Source of the DNA: Paraspadella gotoi
Lineage: Eukaryota > Animalia > Chaetognatha
Reading direction: 5' to 3'
Assembly: GCA_051294375.1 (NCBI GenBank)
Contig: CM119267.1
Coordinates: forward strand, 10,601,045-10,665,044
DNA: 64,000 nucleotides
This document shows positions 61,201-64,000 of this stretch, piece after piece. The position numbers were made by a program, and so were the translations under genes. Positions within the stretch are counted from its first letter, which is position 1. Every line of letters starts with the position of its first letter. The notes beneath the pieces are model-generated. The model was not told the origin of the DNA and did not search any database. It was given only the letters and a program-made list of their open reading frames with translations.

Positions 61201-63813
61201 ACGAACTGGCATCCACTTCGCCCTCAAAGCCGAGCACTTTGACGAGTCTCTGAAGCGGAAAGGAGGTCGACAAAGTCTTTCCGTGGGTGTATACGTGACA
61301 CATCCGCTTGAGGCCCTCGCTGCGTATTTCAAAAAAATATCGATGGCAGATGCAAGCTTGAAGGAAAGTCGCTTTGAGTTTCATTAGACGAAAGAACCGA
61401 ACGTAGTTGTTTTGGTTGAGAGCTGCGTACATGTCGACGGCTAATTTGATGGCGGACGAGCTCCTGACTTCCGGTCGGAGGTTTTGGACGATCCTTAATG
61501 TGTCGCCTTCCTTGAGATTCAGAAGTACAACGTAAGAACGGAACTCTGCCTCATTTGGGCAGACGACATTTTTGACGGCAAGATCGTCATAAAATTGTTT
61601 TAAACTCTCCAGACACTTGGTCAAGTTTTCCGTATTGACTTTCGGATCGAAAACATTGTGGTCTTCCTCGCACAACCTCTCCGAGCAGTAAGCATGCCAC
61701 CTTGCGCACTTTTCTACAAGATCGACGGCTTCAAGTCCTCTAAAATGTTGGAGCGTGATGTCCTTTCTAATTGCTCGGGTACGATTCCAAATGAATTCAT
61801 AATACATCTCCCACTGTCCCTCGCCGCCAGTGTCCATGATGCGTGACATAAGATAGTTCATGGTAAGTTTGAGCGTCGGTATGGGGCGCAGGTCGTGCGA
61901 GAGCGGCTCGTCCTGGTCCGCCGCGCTTCTTGAGTATTCTTTAATGGCGAGTGAATGGTTTACCCTGGGACCTTCGAGATTCCGCTCCGTTCCTTCGATC
62001 CATTCGTAGCAACTCAATCGGCGTTGTTCCTGTCGCATGTAACGCTCGGTTTCGGGACACATATCCAAGCATGTCCCTTCAACAACTTTAGCGCTTTTAA
62101 TATCGGTGTTCTTGGTGTGGCGGGCCCGTATAATCTTGTCACGTTCCTTCAACACTTCCCATTTTTCCGCGTTGGTCTTTGCGTAGACCGGAATACCGCC
62201 TAACATTTGAGCCCTAAGTCGAGAAGGGACGATGGGTGGCGTGGATTCTCGGTATGGTTCCGGGGAAGGTTTTCGTATCTCGGCCGTCCTCAACCCTGCG
62301 GGGAGAGGGAGGGGCTCTCGATAATCGCCGCCGCCCATGGCGATCAATTCGGAATTCACGTCAGCTTCCAACGCGGATTTTTGACGTGGGGGTTGAGGCT
62401 TCTTAAAAAAAATAACCAGGTTGCGAGCGCGAGTGGTGTTCGGGTTCATGGTGCGTCCCAATTGCTTGGCGCGCGCGGCTTGCTCGTGATTCTCGAAGGT
62501 GATCGTGGCTTGGAAAAGGCGCGTGTTGAGTCGAACATCCTTTACAACGCCGAATTTATCAAAGTGGCGCTTTAATGATACTTTAGTATCTGTTGGCTGC
62601 AAGCCCTTAACGATGAGCGCGATGCTCTCCTCGAAAGTGCCTGAAGATCGGCGTCGTACGGAGGCGCCGCCGCCACGACCTCTTACGGGCGAGGTGTCGC
62701 GCTCGATCTCCTCCTCGGGTGTTGGTTCTGTGGGCCGGGCGGGCAAATCGACGGGGGATGCGGATGTCGCGGCGGCGGCTCTCGTTGAGAAGGAACTGCC
62801 CGCGGTAACTACAAAGGCCGGTTGTTCCATAAGAGATGGAACGGTAGAGATGGGTTTAAATGGATTTCCCGATTCCTCGCCATGTGTTTTGGCCATGACG
62901 CCGAAAACGTTGGTGGAAGAAGAATTCTTGGAAGGAGCGAACACAGAACTTTTCCTTCCAAACACAGACGAAGACGTTGACATCGGGACTCCGAACAATG
63001 AAGGAATTGGCTGCGCCGTTGTCGTCGTCGTCGTCGTTTGCAACGGAGTCATTTCTACGGAAACCGTCGTTTGCGTGCTGTATATTGGCTGTTGAGGCGA
63101 TGATGATGATGGTTTAGTCGCGAACAGGAGTGATTGCCCTCCTTAAAAAAGGAAGAAATTATTAAGAAGAGACGAATTAAACTGATTAACAAGATTTTAA
63201 TACCAGGAAGCGATGTTTTCGAAAATTCGTCGGAAACTTGACCAGAAACAAAAGCGGAAGCGGAAGAGGCCCCGGAAAAACTTTGATTTCCTTCGCCGAA
63301 TCGAACCTTCGTTGAGGATTGACTAACGGCAAAGGGCGAAGAAACGGCAGAGGTTGTGGTACCGAATGCCGAGGACGATCCGTAGACTGGTTTGGAACTG
63401 TTCCCAGCTCCAAACACGGACGTCGTCAATGAGCTGACGCCGCCAAATACGGGCGCGCTCGGTGTAGTAGTTCCAAAGAGTGACGGCACGCCGGAGGTAG
63501 AGGCGGAGCCGAAGGACGGAGTGGATATGCCGAAGATAGACGCCGACGTGGTGGTGGTTGAAGCGCCGAAAACCTTTGACGTCGGCGATTTGGTGCCGAA
63601 GGGATTGACGGAACCGGAAGAGCTCTGAGCAAAAGTCGACGTTGACGACATAAAACCGGCGGTTGTACTAGAAACTGGAGCGGAACCAAAGACGGGATTT
63701 TCCAAAGCGGCGCCGAAAATGTTTTGACCCGAAAGGGATTTAGAAGATGCGCCGAAGACATTCTGACTGGTAGAAGTGTTTTGACCGAACACGTTGCTTG
63801 GAAACCGTGACAT
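58211..63813 (-). CDS. MCM3AP: GANP / Sac3 (TREX-2 mRNA export scaffold)
   Basis: N-terminal S/T-rich xFG repeats, RRM (LKRHFDKFGVV), SAC3/GANP domain (GTCLDMCPETERY; KEYSRSAADQDEPL; FIWNRTRAIRKDIT; NEAEFRSY; NNYVRFF), acidic helical CID-like region. A 62-nt intron, 63142-63203, joins the two ORFs. Confidence 0.95.
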
Positions 63814-63840
63814 TCTTGATTCTGAGAAAGAAAATTTTAA
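63814..63840 (-). promoter_or_regulatory. Splice acceptor (cis or trans) upstream of GANP
   Basis: TTTTCTTTCTCAG lies 8 nt before the ATG. Confidence 0.45.
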
Positions 63841-64000
63841 AAATGAGCATATATAGAAGGAAATGCAGTCTTCTCATGTCAAGAATCCAAAGCAATCGGA
63901 ATTATTTATGAATAGAATTTCATTAGCTGAATAGCCAAATGAAAAACTGTACTAGTATGTGCATTGTACATGTACAATGTACAATATCGCAACTTTGTTT

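Overview
Eukaryotic (invertebrate animal-type) nuclear DNA: AT-rich introns and intergenic DNA, GC-richer exons, mostly short spliceosomal introns (40-190 nt) and many (AG)n microsatellites. All 11 protein genes I can reconstruct are on the minus strand. The right third (42-64 kb) is a compact head-to-tail array: GANP/MCM3AP, SRPRB, synergin-gamma, MLH3, an orphan multi-TM KKxx protein, SLX4 and AP2S1. Spacers are often only 100-230 nt, with an apparently unpaired 3' splice acceptor just before most start codons, which suggests an SL trans-spliced operon. Further left are SARM1, a 14-exon lipoxygenase fused to N-terminal SRPBCC (polyketide cyclase/Bet v1-like) and C2 domains, a DOMON-cytochrome b561 (FRRS1-like) gene with substituted heme ligands, and an unidentified multi-exon gene. 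Non-coding signals include a structured element present twice (synergin-gamma intron 1 and upstream of the lipoxygenase), a Penelope-type minimal hammerhead ribozyme inside a long inverted repeat, and tRNA-like SINE heads. Exon boundaries were inferred by eye from frame continuity; no database searches or folding programs were run.
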